A stretch of DNA of 64,000 nt from the IMG/VR virus record IMGVR_UViG_3300043438_001049. The stretch is one strand, 5' to 3'. The stretch comes from an uncultured virus (IMG/VR IMGVR_UViG_3300043438_001049). Its lineage: Duplodnaviria > Heunggongvirae > Uroviricota > Caudoviricetes. The notes beneath the pieces are model-generated. The model was not told the DNA's origin. It worked only from the letters and a program-made list of their open reading frames with translations, and searched no databases. This document shows, one piece after another, positions 45,096 to 55,664 of the stretch; position 1 is the first letter of the stretch, and every line of letters starts with the position of its first letter. The position numbers were made by a program, and so were the translations under genes.

Positions 45096-47236
45096 TTGTT
45101 CCTCCTTATCATTGCCCCTGCAATTTGTGATACGATGATCACTGGGACAATTACTTCTTGCGCTTTTTCTCTCTGATCGTCTGTCATATCCATACCTAAC
45201 TCAGAGAAATTAGATAATAATTCTGTAACATCCACTTCAAATACTGCTGCAAGTGGGTCTGCTAAGAATGCTTCTGTTTGTACTTCTGTTACTGCATCCG
45301 CTAATGTAAATGGCATTGGGGTTTCTCCCGCCTCTGCTTCTCTATCTGAAAACTCAACAAATGCTTCTGCAAGTGCTGGGTTAGATTTCATCTGCTGTGC
45401 AATCTGTGCAACTTCTGAAGGCTTAATACCAAGGTCTTGTGCAACCTCAGCCTTTGCTTCTTGAGTCAATGCTCTAAGTGTTTGGCTAACTGCTGTTACT
45501 TGTTCAGGGGAAAGAGTAACTAACTTATTATCACTGCTTGTAAGGTTAGCAATAACATTAGATAGATCTTCTTCTGTTCCAGTTCCTTTTTCAGGAACAA
45601 GGGCTGCTAATACCTCATCTTCAATTACTACATCTGGTTCAGTCCAAGGGTTCTCTTCTGGCTTTGGCTCTGGGCCAGGTTCTGGTGAAGGTTCTGGAGC
45701 AGGCTCTTCAGTTGTTTCTGTAGTTGGTTCTGGAGAAGGCTCAGGTGTTGGTGGTTCCTCTGGGGTAGGCTCAGGTGTAGGCTCCTCTGTAGGGTCCACT
45801 GTAGGCTCTGGAGAAGGCTCTGGCGTAGGAGGCTCTTCTGCCGTAGGCTCAGGACTTGGTTCTGGAGTTGATGGTTCCTCAGTAGTAGGTTCTGGACTTG
45901 GCTCAGGAGTAGGTGGCTCTTCAGCAGTTGGTTCAGGACTTGGCTCTGGGGTGGGTTGATTTGCTGCAGCGTTGGCTGCTGCTTGGGCAATAGCAGATTG
46001 AATTTCTCTTTGTAGTTGCTCGTCATAGCAACGCCATGCATCATCAATTGCACTATTAACATTATTAATTGCTTGATCGTATGCACTAATAGCATTATTT
46101 TTATTTTGTAATGCCGTTACAACATTTAAACTTGCATTCTCAGCCTCAGTTGTTTTATTAGTTAAGGTTTGATTGTAAGCATTTAATGTTGAAACTGCTT
46201 GGTTGTAAATATTTAATTTATCATTATATACAGCCTGTGCTGAGGCAACCGCCGCACTTGATTCTTGGCTTGGAACACTTCCTATAATAGTTTTTATAAT
46301 TACATTATCAATAATGTACCAGTCATTGTTGTCTGCCCAAAAATATATCTCATGAATTTGTTTACCAGGAAGCGCATCTAAAACCTCTTGATGGACAAAT
46401 CCTGGATAATCTGAATTAACATTGTTTTGAATTGTAAAATTATATGTTGTTCCATCTGTATGCCTGACCATAGCAGTGGCATCTCCATTTTTTGCATAAA
46501 CGGAAAATTTAACCTGAGTAACTGCTCCCTCACTCCAATTGGCAACACGAAAAGCAAGTGTTTGACTTGGGGCTTGAAGATGCAACGCTGGTGGGTTTGT
46601 ATAATCATTACTTGGAACCTGGTCGCTTCCATAAAAATATCCACCATTATTTGTTGAAGTTATTGCAACCTCAGTGCCAACAGAGTTTCCATTTGAGTCT
46701 ATTGATCCAACTATAAATATACTAAGAGCACCTGCTGGCCAATTTTGTCTACCATTATTTATACTATTATTATTAAAATCTTCTGTTGTGATATCAGTCA
46801 TTGAGCCAGACTGGGTTGAAAGGTTTATATTGGCTATATCAAGAGCATCTTGTGCATCATTCTTATCTTCTAATGCAGTTGCCACTACTACTGTTTGTTC
46901 GTCTACGGCTGTTTGGGCTGATGCTTTTTCTTCTCCCGCCGTGGCTTTTAAGACAAGAGATGCATCATATGTGGTAGAGGTTTGGGTCTGGGTTTCTTTT
47001 GCAGATACTGCAAGGGCATACTTATCTTCTGCCTCTTCAATTAAAAATATGAACTCATCCTTGTAGCCAAGGTCGTCAATGCTATCGTTAAGGTCTTGTA
47101 TTTCTTGGGCTGCTACTGTGAGGGGATCATCAGAGTGGGCACCTTCTGGGGAAATAAGAAGCCAGCCAAATGCTAATAATGTGGCTGCTGCTATTCGTAT
47201 TAGTTTTTTGATTACCTTCCCCCCTAGGACAGACAA
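45092..47236 (-). CDS. Large secreted/membrane-anchored coiled-coil protein with PEPSPEPT repeats
   Basis: Signal peptide, coiled coils flanking a beta domain, Pro/Glu linker, C-terminal hydrophobic segment. Confidence 0.7.
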   Translation of the reverse strand: MSVLGGKVIKKLIRIAAATLLAFGWLLISPEGAHSDDPLTVAAQEIQDLNDSIDDLGYKDEFIFLIEEAEDKYALAVSAKETQTQTSTTYDASLVLKATAGEEKASAQTAVDEQTVVVATALEDKNDAQDALDIANINLSTQSGSMTDITTEDFNNNSINNGRQNWPAGALSIFIVGSIDSNGNSVGTEVAITSTNNGGYFYGSDQVPSNDYTNPPALHLQAPSQTLAFRVANWSEGAVTQVKFSVYAKNGDATAMVRHTDGTTYNFTIQNNVNSDYPGFVHQEVLDALPGKQIHEIYFWADNNDWYIIDNVIIKTIIGSVPSQESSAAVASAQAVYNDKLNIYNQAVSTLNAYNQTLTNKTTEAENASLNVVTALQNKNNAISAYDQAINNVNSAIDDAWRCYDEQLQREIQSAIAQAAANAAANQPTPEPSPEPTAEEPPTPEPSPEPTTEEPSTPEPSPEPTAEEPPTPEPSPEPTVDPTEEPTPEPTPEEPPTPEPSPEPTTETTEEPAPEPSPEPGPEPKPEENPWTEPDVVIEDEVLAALVPEKGTGTEEDLSNVIANLTSSDNKLVTLSPEQVTAVSQTLRALTQEAKAEVAQDLGIKPSEVAQIAQQMKSNPALAEAFVEFSDREAEAGETPMPFTLADAVTEVQTEAFLADPLAAVFEVDVTELLSNFSELGMDMTDDQREKAQEVIVPVIIVSQIAGAMIRRNK

Positions 47237-47306
47237 TGTCTGTTAGGGTTATTATACCATTTTATTACTGCATTTTAAAGTTATAGGTCTTTCCCAGTCA
47301 CTTATA

Positions 47307-48149
47307 TCATTCTGTTTGTTTAAAAAGTGTACTATATATTGAATTTGCCATATGCATTTGTTGGTGAAATGCCCAATGACCAGGATGCCAATACTCATAG
47401 TCTGCTGCGTACTCAAAAAATTTATTATCTGAAAACTCTAAGTGACAATTATTTTCTGGCGAACTAGTCTCAAAATATGTATCTGTAAAATCTTTAAATG
47501 AGTATTGCTCTAAAGACGAATCGTTCAAGTAGGTCCACAATAATATTATATTATTTGATTTGCAATACTGAATAAACATTTTTAAAAATAACATATTATA
47601 AAAAATTGCAAATTCTTCTGGCAAAATATTTTCTACTATATGTGGTTCTTTAGAAAATTTTTCAAGTAATTTGTTAGATAGCATGGCTTTGCCTATATTT
47701 TCTCTAGACTTTACACGTTCATGATTACCTTCATTTTTTACTCTAAGGTTTATCAAAGGAACTTCCAGCCTTGTTATTGGAAATACTGCAAATATATATT
47801 TTGGATGATAAAATTCTTTAAAAAACTGAAATGCTTTAACTATTTGTGCTTGTATTCCTTCTCCTCCTTTTGCTAAATTAATATAATCCTTATTCATTTT
47901 TTGTGATATTAGATAAGGCCATGTAAGTTCTATAGGCATTCCATGTCCCTCTGTTTGAGAACATCCCAAAGTTAAAATTTCTTGATTGCTAAACTCATTG
48001 CACCTATATCCTTGAGAGTTTAGTTTATATTCAATAAAAACAGAGTCTGCTTCTGTTTTAGGCATAGCATGCTGACTCATTTCTTCTAAAGACCTATTTA
48101 CAAAAATATCTGGAATTGTTTTTAAGTTTGATTTTTTATTAATCATCAA
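47307..48149 (-). CDS. SGNH-hydrolase-like protein
   Basis: GCSQTEG...NLAKGG...GHW. Confidence 0.6.
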   Translation of the reverse strand: MMINKKSNLKTIPDIFVNRSLEEMSQHAMPKTEADSVFIEYKLNSQGYRCNEFSNQEILTLGCSQTEGHGMPIELTWPYLISQKMNKDYINLAKGGEGIQAQIVKAFQFFKEFYHPKYIFAVFPITRLEVPLINLRVKNEGNHERVKSRENIGKAMLSNKLLEKFSKEPHIVENILPEEFAIFYNMLFLKMFIQYCKSNNIILLWTYLNDSSLEQYSFKDFTDTYFETSSPENNCHLEFSDNKFFEYAADYEYWHPGHWAFHQQMHMANSIYSTLFKQTE

Positions 48150-48150
48150 A

Positions 48151-49572
48151 CTATCTTATCACTAAATTGTTATAAGTTTTTTGCCATTTTTCTATATCAT
48201 TTTCATCATTTAGTAGTGGCTGTCCTTTAATATTAAGGCTTGTATTTAATAGTATTGGAACACCAGTTTCAATATAAAACTTATTAAGAACTCTCCATAA
48301 CCCACGATGTTGATCTTTATTTACAGTTTGAACTCTTGAGGTTCCATCAGCATGAACTACAGATGGTATTTTATCTGGCTGAAGACACTTAACTGTATAT
48401 TGCATATAAGGGCTTGCAAAATCCATATCAAACCACTTAGACGCACACTCTTCCATAACTACTGGAGCAAATGGTCTAAACAACTCTCTTTGTTTAATTA
48501 AATTAACTTTATCTTTTATATTTGGATCTCTTGGGTCAGCAAGAATGCTTCGATTGCCCAATGCTCTTGGACCGTATTCTGCTCTGCCTGTTGCTACTGC
48601 TACGATTCCATCTTTTAATATACCGTCCACAATTTGCTGAACAGGATACTCTCCTCCAAGATCATAGCCAAGATACGGAGTCTTCCAGTCAAGGTGCTTT
48701 CCGTACAAGGCTGCTGCTGCACCTAAAGAACTACCAGCATCTCCTGGGTTAGGCATGATCCAAATCATATCAAAAATATTCCATAGCAATGTATTTGCTG
48801 AAGAGTTAAGGGCACAACCACCCATAAATACTAAGTTCTTTTTACCAGTAAGGGACTTTGCCATACGCATAAACTGATTTAATCTTTGCTCATACACTAC
48901 TTGTACTGCTGCAGCAATATCAAACCTATCTTGCTCTGTAATTATCATTCCCCAGTCATTAATTCCTTTATGAAAATTATATTTTTGTTTATCGTATGAA
49001 GGAAAATATTCATCAACCTCTTTGTAGTAACGCTTCCAGTCACCATAGGCAGCCATTCCCATCATAATGTATTCTTCTTGGTTTGGCATAAGTCCAATAA
49101 GTTGTGTAAAAGCAGAATAAAATAGTCCAAAACTAACTGGATAGTTTTGCTTATACTTAAGTTTAATCTTGTCGCCCTCACCAACCCAAATAGTTGAAGT
49201 GTTATATTCTCCTATTGCATCTAATACAACAATTACAGCATCGTTAAATGCGCTTGTGTAGTATCCTGCTGCTGCATGAGAGTAGTGATGCTTAAAGTAG
49301 TGTACTGGAACATCTAAAGGAATGTTTGGCTTCCAGTCTGCTGCGCCACCCTTTAACATTATTCTAGATCTTTTAAGCCAAGGCTTCTCATAGTAAGCAA
49401 TGTAGTCTGGTGTTCCATAGTTTAATGCATCTAAGATAATATCTTTGTTGTTATACCAATCATTCTTTTGTTTACTATATCTTTCTGCATGTCCCGCAAA
49501 AAGTATTTCTCCATCTTTAATTAAAGATACAGATGCGTCGTGGGAAGTTTCGTTAATTCCTAAAATTATCAT
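48151..49572 (-). CDS. Carbamoyltransferase (NodU/CmcH family)
   Basis: HDAS...ERY...HH.SHAA...GGCALN...GDAG...EYGPRALGNRS...RPFAP...LNTSLN. Confidence 0.92.
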   Translation of the reverse strand: MIILGINETSHDASVSLIKDGEILFAGHAERYSKQKNDWYNNKDIILDALNYGTPDYIAYYEKPWLKRSRIMLKGGAADWKPNIPLDVPVHYFKHHYSHAAAGYYTSAFNDAVIVVLDAIGEYNTSTIWVGEGDKIKLKYKQNYPVSFGLFYSAFTQLIGLMPNQEEYIMMGMAAYGDWKRYYKEVDEYFPSYDKQKYNFHKGINDWGMIITEQDRFDIAAAVQVVYEQRLNQFMRMAKSLTGKKNLVFMGGCALNSSANTLLWNIFDMIWIMPNPGDAGSSLGAAAALYGKHLDWKTPYLGYDLGGEYPVQQIVDGILKDGIVAVATGRAEYGPRALGNRSILADPRDPNIKDKVNLIKQRELFRPFAPVVMEECASKWFDMDFASPYMQYTVKCLQPDKIPSVVHADGTSRVQTVNKDQHRGLWRVLNKFYIETGVPILLNTSLNIKGQPLLNDENDIEKWQKTYNNLVIR

Positions 49573-50564
49573 TTATTCATTTCCTGATAAAATCCTTCTG
49601 CAATATGAATATGTTTATGAACTCCTGGGTGTGCCTGGTCAAGTCCATCTTCAACATCACCACCAATATGAAAACAGTGTTTAAAATAATTTTCATATTC
49701 TTTATGACAGTCTTCATCAAATTCTTTATTTTCTAATTCATTTATATTATTTAAATAATGACCAATAACTAAATCTTTATTAAAAACAACATCACTAAAT
49801 ATATTTTCTTTATCATTAGTTAAAGCATTTACTGTATCAACATGCCAAGATGACCAGATAAGTTTTATATTGTTTGATCTGCAGTATTGCTCTAATAAGT
49901 GTATTGCTTGCATAGAAAAAAATAGCGGAACCTCTAATGGCAATATCTCTCTATAAGTATAAGGTCTTTTAATATATTTATTTCTTTGTGAAATTGGTTC
50001 TGGATGAACATCAAGTTGTATATCTCCAAAAGTTAAATCAGGGATAGATAGATTATTCTTACTATCTTCTTTATTAAGTCTAAACTCTTTAGTTATATTT
50101 TTTTTAATTGGTAGACGTAATCTAAAAGGATCTGGAAACAAACATAACATAATTTCTGGGTTACCAAATATTTTAAAATATTCAAATGATTTAGCCACTA
50201 AGTCATTTATGGACCCTCCAGGAAATGATAGGTTTCGAATTTCTTTATTAATTCTTTCACCTAAAATATTTGTCCATCTTCCATCTACAGGAACTCCATA
50301 GCCCCAGGTATTTGAACAACCAACTGCAAGTATTTCTGCTTTTTCAATCCAGTCAACATCTCTATATCCAAAATTATTTATAGAATATTCTGTTTTTGGA
50401 TCTACCAAGATATTGTCTATCCTGTTTTGTCCAAATCTCGTTGTGTTTATATTTATATATCTTGTAAGAGTATTTTTTAAAAGTAGATTTCTATATCTTT
50501 TACTAGCCATTGAATAGTCTTCATCGGTTTCATAACCATCAATCATTGCCAATAGAGGGTTCAT
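49569..50564 (-). CDS. SGNH-hydrolase-like protein
   Basis: GCSNTWG...NLS.PGGS...D..HPG. Confidence 0.6.
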   Translation of the reverse strand: MNPLLAMIDGYETDEDYSMASKRYRNLLLKNTLTRYININTTRFGQNRIDNILVDPKTEYSINNFGYRDVDWIEKAEILAVGCSNTWGYGVPVDGRWTNILGERINKEIRNLSFPGGSINDLVAKSFEYFKIFGNPEIMLCLFPDPFRLRLPIKKNITKEFRLNKEDSKNNLSIPDLTFGDIQLDVHPEPISQRNKYIKRPYTYREILPLEVPLFFSMQAIHLLEQYCRSNNIKLIWSSWHVDTVNALTNDKENIFSDVVFNKDLVIGHYLNNINELENKEFDEDCHKEYENYFKHCFHIGGDVEDGLDQAHPGVHKHIHIAEGFYQEMNK

Positions 50565-50744
50565 TAGTATATGAACCTATTCTTATTTTTATTTTTCTTA
50601 AAAATATTTTTTATTTTAAATATAACTTTATACACAAAATATTTTATTGCCATATTATAATTATATCATATACAATTTTTATATTATTTTATTCCACAAA
50701 AAGGGGGACTAGCGTTAAGCCAATCCCCCCAATTGTTGGACTAA

Positions 50745-51923
50745 TTACTTAATGTAAGTAACCTTTGCCTTTGGATTCTTTGCATTCCACTTCTTTGCAA
50801 GTGCATTGAAAGCAGTCTTAATTGCCTTAAGTGCAGCAGCATTATCTGCTGTTAACTTAGCAATTGTTGCATCCTTAGCAAGAACAACTGCATCTGAAGC
50901 AGTCTTTGCATCAAGTGCAGCCTTATCTGAAACAGCCTTTGCATCAGCAAGTGCCTTTACAGAAGCAGCCTTCTCTGCTGCAAGAGCAGCATCTGAAGCA
51001 GCCTTAGCAGCAACAGCATCTGAAGCAGCCTTTACGACTGCAGCATCTGAAATTGCCTTAGCAGCAAGTGCAGCATCCTTAGCAGACTTTTCGGCAGCAA
51101 GTTCTGATACTAGATCACGAACTGTAATTTCTGCAAAAGGTGCTAGTGTGCGAGCAGTTAAACCAACTACATCAGCAGTTGTTGCTTCGCCAGCAGTTGT
51201 TGGAGCAAACATGATTAGTGCTCGTGTACCAGTTGTTGGAAGCGTTGCAGTAAACTTTGCAACTCCAAAATCTGAAAGTGTAATACCAGTTGTTGCTGTT
51301 GCTGAAGCAAGTGTTGCTGTTGCAGCAAATACTGTTGCAGTAATTGACGTACCAGTAGTTGGTGCAGACACCTTGTTGCCAAATACGTCTGTTGCTGTAA
51401 CTAAAATATCTTGCTTTGTTCCAGCAGCACCAGATACTGGAGCAGAAACTGTTAGGTTATTAATTAAACCAGCAGTACCCTGTACGTAGTAAGTAAGAGT
51501 TGTTCCACCGTTGGTGATTACAACTGTACCAATTGCTGTTGTCTTTGTGTAGACATAAAAAGTTGCTGTTGTTCCTGTACCAGTTGCAACTGTCAAAGAT
51601 GAAGATCCTGATGTTGCTCCTACTGGTGCAGCAGTTGTGTGTAGTGCAGACACGATTGTTGCATTTGTTGCTACTACAGAAACTACTGTTCCTGTGTCAA
51701 CTGTTGCGACAAACTTTAGTGCGTCAGCAACGTCAATTGTGTTGTCTGCAGGTACTGGCAATGAAGCAGGCGTAGCAATTGCTGAAGCAGATGACTTATC
51801 TGTGTTACTTGCTCCAAGAGTTACTGCGACTGTCATTACAGCAGCGTTTGCAGGCGTTGCCACGATTGTGCCCAGAGTCATGGCTGCAACCATGGCTAGG
51901 GCGATTTTCTTAAATGAGTTCAT
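50745..51923 (-). CDS. Secreted Ala/Thr-rich surface-type protein
   Basis: Signal peptide MNSFKKIALAMVAAMTLG...ANA; Ig-like region; Ala-Lys coiled coil. Confidence 0.7.
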   Translation of the reverse strand: MNSFKKIALAMVAAMTLGTIVATPANAAVMTVAVTLGASNTDKSSASAIATPASLPVPADNTIDVADALKFVATVDTGTVVSVVATNATIVSALHTTAAPVGATSGSSSLTVATGTGTTATFYVYTKTTAIGTVVITNGGTTLTYYVQGTAGLINNLTVSAPVSGAAGTKQDILVTATDVFGNKVSAPTTGTSITATVFAATATLASATATTGITLSDFGVAKFTATLPTTGTRALIMFAPTTAGEATTADVVGLTARTLAPFAEITVRDLVSELAAEKSAKDAALAAKAISDAAVVKAASDAVAAKAASDAALAAEKAASVKALADAKAVSDKAALDAKTASDAVVLAKDATIAKLTADNAAALKAIKTAFNALAKKWNAKNPKAKVTYIK

Positions 51924-51943
51924 TTAATGTATTCCTTTTCTAT

Positions 51944-53740
51944 TTATAGTGTTTTTAGTCCATCCAAATAATCTTCGATGTCTTTTATTTGGCTAGGTTT
52001 ATATTGTATCACATTGCGACTATCCAGGTCAAATTGCTCTTCTGGAGTCTTTGGTCTGTCTTTAAAGGTGTGAACCTCTACTTCAGTGTCTATATTTTTT
52101 GGAGTATGTGATATTGCCCCAAATATTGCTCCACACACAGCATCAGCCAAGTCCTTTGACTTTTTGCGGGGGTGGTCAACTCTGTCATTTTTCATAATCT
52201 TTAATTGTGTTAGTTCATCAAATAATAAATCAATTGCAGGCATAGCAAGTCTTTCCTCGTATACAAGCATAGCCATATCTTCATAATGTTTTTTAGCAAC
52301 AGAAACAGTATCAGTATTCATTCCTACTTGCTTTAGTTCATTTTGAATATCAAATGATTGCCAACGGTCAAAGGAAACCATTCCAATATCAAACCCTATT
52401 CTTCTAAGGTTCTGAATCCATTGTTTAACTTCTGAAAGATTAACTGGGCCTTCAATCTTTGGTTCCCACCATGCTACTGCATCTACTACTACAATTGGTG
52501 CTACTTGTTCATAGTTATTAATGACTTGTATGTTTACCCATTTTTCTACATGTGCAATAGCAACAGCACACTTATCGTGCTTCTGGGCAAGGTCAGCGTG
52601 TACATAATATTTCTTAGTTGGATCTGGTTTAAATGCTTCATCAAACCTTCTAAAGTTATCTACAGGGTTTCTAAGTGTCATACAAGATCTAACCTTTTCG
52701 TGCTGCTTAAAGAATGCATCAGAAGCAAAAGTTGGTACGCATGTAAAGCGCATCATTGCATCTCCAAGGTCAGTCATAAAAGCAATCTTAAAATCATCAA
52801 TCTGTCTTGTTGGGTTTACTTCCCATGTAGGTCTTTTTAGTGCAAAGACTCCTGGGTATTTGTATGAGATGATGTGGTCTTCATCCCAGGAAATTTCAAA
52901 CTTATTGTTTGGGTCTGTATCAGGTAGCAGTGGATTAATAATAAACTCGTGTGTTCTTTCAATTACTTCTTTCTCAGCAACAACTGCGTCGTATTTCTCT
53001 GAGATATAGTCTCCTGGGTATCTTGGGAATGAAAGCAAAACAACTTTGCCAAGGTCTGGGAAACGAGAGTCTACTGATCCACGGAAAGCCTTGTAGATAT
53101 TCTCAGCAGTTTTTCCTTGTTCGTTACCTGTTCCAACTTCAGATGCAAATCCAGAGATCTCATCAAGAACTGCAAGAAGAAGGTTTAACCCCTCATGGGA
53201 TTCTCTTTCTGAGTGTCCAGAGTAAACAGTTATAGACTTATCAAACTCAACTGAGTCTGCTTTTGCATAATACTTTCCAGCAAACCATGGGGATTTTTCA
53301 ATCTTTGATTTAAAACCTTTAAAGAAAACATTCTTAGCCTGCTGTGCGTTAATAGCCACATTGATTAAGTCAATGGCATCTCCTGACGGCTTACCAAAAT
53401 ACTTTGCTGGGTCTTTTAAACATAATAGTTTATATACAATATATGCACACGATACTGTAGATACAAAGTCTTTACCAGATCCCTTGCCAAGTTGCAGAAT
53501 AATCTCATTCTTAGTATATTTATCAAAGTATCTTATGCCTTCTTCTTCTCCCATTATATCAATGAGATCTTCTTTGCGATATATCTGACTCATTGCTTCT
53601 ACAATATCGTACTGAATATCAGAAAGTGGAGGCTGACCTAAGTATTTTTCGCCCTCAACAAATGTTCTTGCATTTACAGGTGTCTCTTGAAAATGGTTAT
53701 CTTTAAGCACTTCAAGAAAATCATTGAATGTCGTGGACAA
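51944..53740 (-). CDS. terL: Terminase large subunit
   Basis: GKGSGKD Walker A, VLDE Walker B, C-terminal nuclease (D..., DHP...KDLADA). Confidence 0.88.
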   Translation of the reverse strand: MSTTFNDFLEVLKDNHFQETPVNARTFVEGEKYLGQPPLSDIQYDIVEAMSQIYRKEDLIDIMGEEEGIRYFDKYTKNEIILQLGKGSGKDFVSTVSCAYIVYKLLCLKDPAKYFGKPSGDAIDLINVAINAQQAKNVFFKGFKSKIEKSPWFAGKYYAKADSVEFDKSITVYSGHSERESHEGLNLLLAVLDEISGFASEVGTGNEQGKTAENIYKAFRGSVDSRFPDLGKVVLLSFPRYPGDYISEKYDAVVAEKEVIERTHEFIINPLLPDTDPNNKFEISWDEDHIISYKYPGVFALKRPTWEVNPTRQIDDFKIAFMTDLGDAMMRFTCVPTFASDAFFKQHEKVRSCMTLRNPVDNFRRFDEAFKPDPTKKYYVHADLAQKHDKCAVAIAHVEKWVNIQVINNYEQVAPIVVVDAVAWWEPKIEGPVNLSEVKQWIQNLRRIGFDIGMVSFDRWQSFDIQNELKQVGMNTDTVSVAKKHYEDMAMLVYEERLAMPAIDLLFDELTQLKIMKNDRVDHPRKKSKDLADAVCGAIFGAISHTPKNIDTEVEVHTFKDRPKTPEEQFDLDSRNVIQYKPSQIKDIEDYLDGLKTL

Positions 53741-54257
53741 CCGTAATCACCTCGTTGTCTTTTGCAAACGAAGAAAGTCTACGCATTATCTCATCACGAA
53801 CCTGTGGATACTCAGATGCAATATCTTTTAATATTAAAACAAGAACCTCTTGGCGTCGCTCAATCTCCATCATTTCTTCTGCAAGTTCTTTGTTCTCAAG
53901 AAGACCAGCCTTTTGTAGCATATCAATACGCTTAGACTCAATATCCATTACAAGTTTAATTGCAGCAGTCTTTGCGCTAAGGTTATTAGTCATGGATGCT
54001 TCATCAATAACTTCGTATGTACGAGAAACCAACTTACTGTAATGTGTGTCTGCAGCAGCAAGTGCCTCTTTAGCACGGGCACGAATAGCATCATTAGCAG
54101 ATGCCATGACTTTCCATTCGTTAATTAATGTCACAACTCTTTGTCTTGGTATTGCAAGTTGTTTTGATATTACAGTTGGGTCATTGCCTTTTAGGTATTC
54201 TTCTACAACTTGATTTACTTGATCAAGGTGCTTAACTAGATCTTCTTCAGTTGACAT
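53721..54257 (-). CDS. Putative terminase small subunit (HTH, helical)
   Basis: N-terminal HTH; immediately upstream of terL. Confidence 0.55.
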   Translation of the reverse strand: MSTEEDLVKHLDQVNQVVEEYLKGNDPTVISKQLAIPRQRVVTLINEWKVMASANDAIRARAKEALAAADTHYSKLVSRTYEVIDEASMTNNLSAKTAAIKLVMDIESKRIDMLQKAGLLENKELAEEMMEIERRQEVLVLILKDIASEYPQVRDEIMRRLSSFAKDNEVITVVHDIQ

Positions 54258-54522
54258 GTTTTAACTCCCTTGCTATTTTTAATAGTATAAGATAGCCAAT
54301 CAAATCGTCAATATCATTGTCACCAATGAATGATCCACCTCTAGTAATTCTAGACAGTTTGTCATCAATTCGAACATGTAACTGTTCAATGTTATCAGAA
54401 ATAGAAAAAATACGAACTGGGTTTAGTGCTGAGTCTCCGTAGGATTTATTTTTTGTAATAAGCATGTCCTTAATCTCATCACAAACTTGACCAATGGTGA
54501 ACTGTGTCTCAGAACTCATCAT
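54247..54522 (-). CDS. Nucleotide-modification-associated (DUF1599-like) protein
   Basis: KNKSYGDS...RIDDKLSR...DLIGY. Confidence 0.7.
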   Translation of the reverse strand: MMSSETQFTIGQVCDEIKDMLITKNKSYGDSALNPVRIFSISDNIEQLHVRIDDKLSRITRGGSFIGDNDIDDLIGYLILLKIARELKHVN

Positions 54523-54642
54523 CTATCTCCTCTTCTAGATCCCAATCAAATACTTCTGGAATTCCTTTTAGCGCAGCAAACGCAAAAGCAAAACCAACAG
54601 TACCTGCTATAGCAAGTGCTATAAATGCTTTTTCAACTTTAC

Positions 54643-54798
54643 TCATCGTCTTGATTTCCTTAATCCAAATTTAGCAAGGTATACATAGATAGTTTCCAAT
54701 GAACACCCACACTCCTTTGCAATTTCCTCTGGCGTCTTTTTATCCATAAGGTAACGCTTACGCATAAAAGTTTCACTTGTATATAGTTTAGCAGCCAT
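54643..54798 (-). CDS. Small HTH protein
   Basis: 51 aa not in track: ...KKTPEEIAKECGCSLETIYVYLAKFGL. Confidence 0.7.
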   Translation of the reverse strand: MAAKLYTSETFMRKRYLMDKKTPEEIAKECGCSLETIYVYLAKFGLRKSRR

Positions 54799-54802
54799 AA
54801 TA

Positions 54803-55393
54803 TTATTTGTCAACTCCAATTGCTTTCCCCCAGTTTTTTACAGCCCAATGACCAATGCCACAAGCATCTGCAACATCGTTATCAGTAATAGTTCTATCAT
54901 AGATTGTATTAATAAATTTTATTGTTCTTTCTTTACGTAGATTTCTTTCGTAAGCCTTATACCAAGAAATAGATTTTGCTGGGTGTTGATACCTTATAAC
55001 AACCTGCTCATCTTTTGATATTTTTTTATTACCTATATAGTTTTGCCAAGTGATTGGTGAAACCGTTCCGATTACTTTAGTTCCAGATTGCCCTGCTGCG
55101 CCAAGAATTGCTCCTTGAACTAAAGCAAGGTCGGCAGCCGTTTTTGGACTATTCATAAACACTGTATGCTCAATAATAATTGCTTCAAACCCACCATAGT
55201 AATCAAAGAATGCTTTTATTTTTTTACCTGCATCCATAACTTTTTCATAGGTATTGTTTCCTTCAAAATTAATTTTACCAACAACACCAAGATCTTCACC
55301 ATTAAACAAAGAAAATGCCATGCTGTTAGTACTGGCATCAATAGCGCAAATTGTATGTGGCTTAACCTCTAGCCCCCACTTATTTTTTACCAT
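54803..55393 (-). CDS. RuvC-like Holliday junction resolvase
   Basis: AIDAST...IIEH...DVADA..I. Confidence 0.8.
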   Translation of the reverse strand: MVKNKWGLEVKPHTICAIDASTNSMAFSLFNGEDLGVVGKINFEGNNTYEKVMDAGKKIKAFFDYYGGFEAIIIEHTVFMNSPKTAADLALVQGAILGAAGQSGTKVIGTVSPITWQNYIGNKKISKDEQVVIRYQHPAKSISWYKAYERNLRKERTIKFINTIYDRTITDNDVADACGIGHWAVKNWGKAIGVDK

Positions 55394-55664
55394 TTGTTTT
55401 TCCTTTTATCTGTTTAATTGCTTTGATAACTGCATCAGGATTTATACTGCAAGATGAACAAACTAAGTCATCATTGTATATAGAAAGTGGAGTTAAACAT
55501 GACTTGCAAAGTCTTGTTTTTCCCTTTCTTTTTTGCCTTTTTGATTGCACATATCTTATTGCAATTTTTTCTTTTGTTGCGATATCTCTACAGTGTGGAG
55601 AGCAATATATCTGATAAGATACAGTGGGCTCAAACTGATTGTCGCAGCATTTACAATTGTTCAC
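55380..55664 (-). CDS. Zn-finger protein
   Basis: Multiple CxxC; YCS..C. Confidence 0.6.
   Translation of the reverse strand: MNNCKCCDNQFEPTVSYQIYCSPHCRDIATKEKIAIRYVQSKRQKRKGKTRLCKSCLTPLSIYNDDLVCSSCSINPDAVIKAIKQIKGKTNGKK

Noticed and set aside
50806..51489. 227-aa plus-strand ORF
   Set aside because: Antisense shadow of the Ala-rich minus-strand gene
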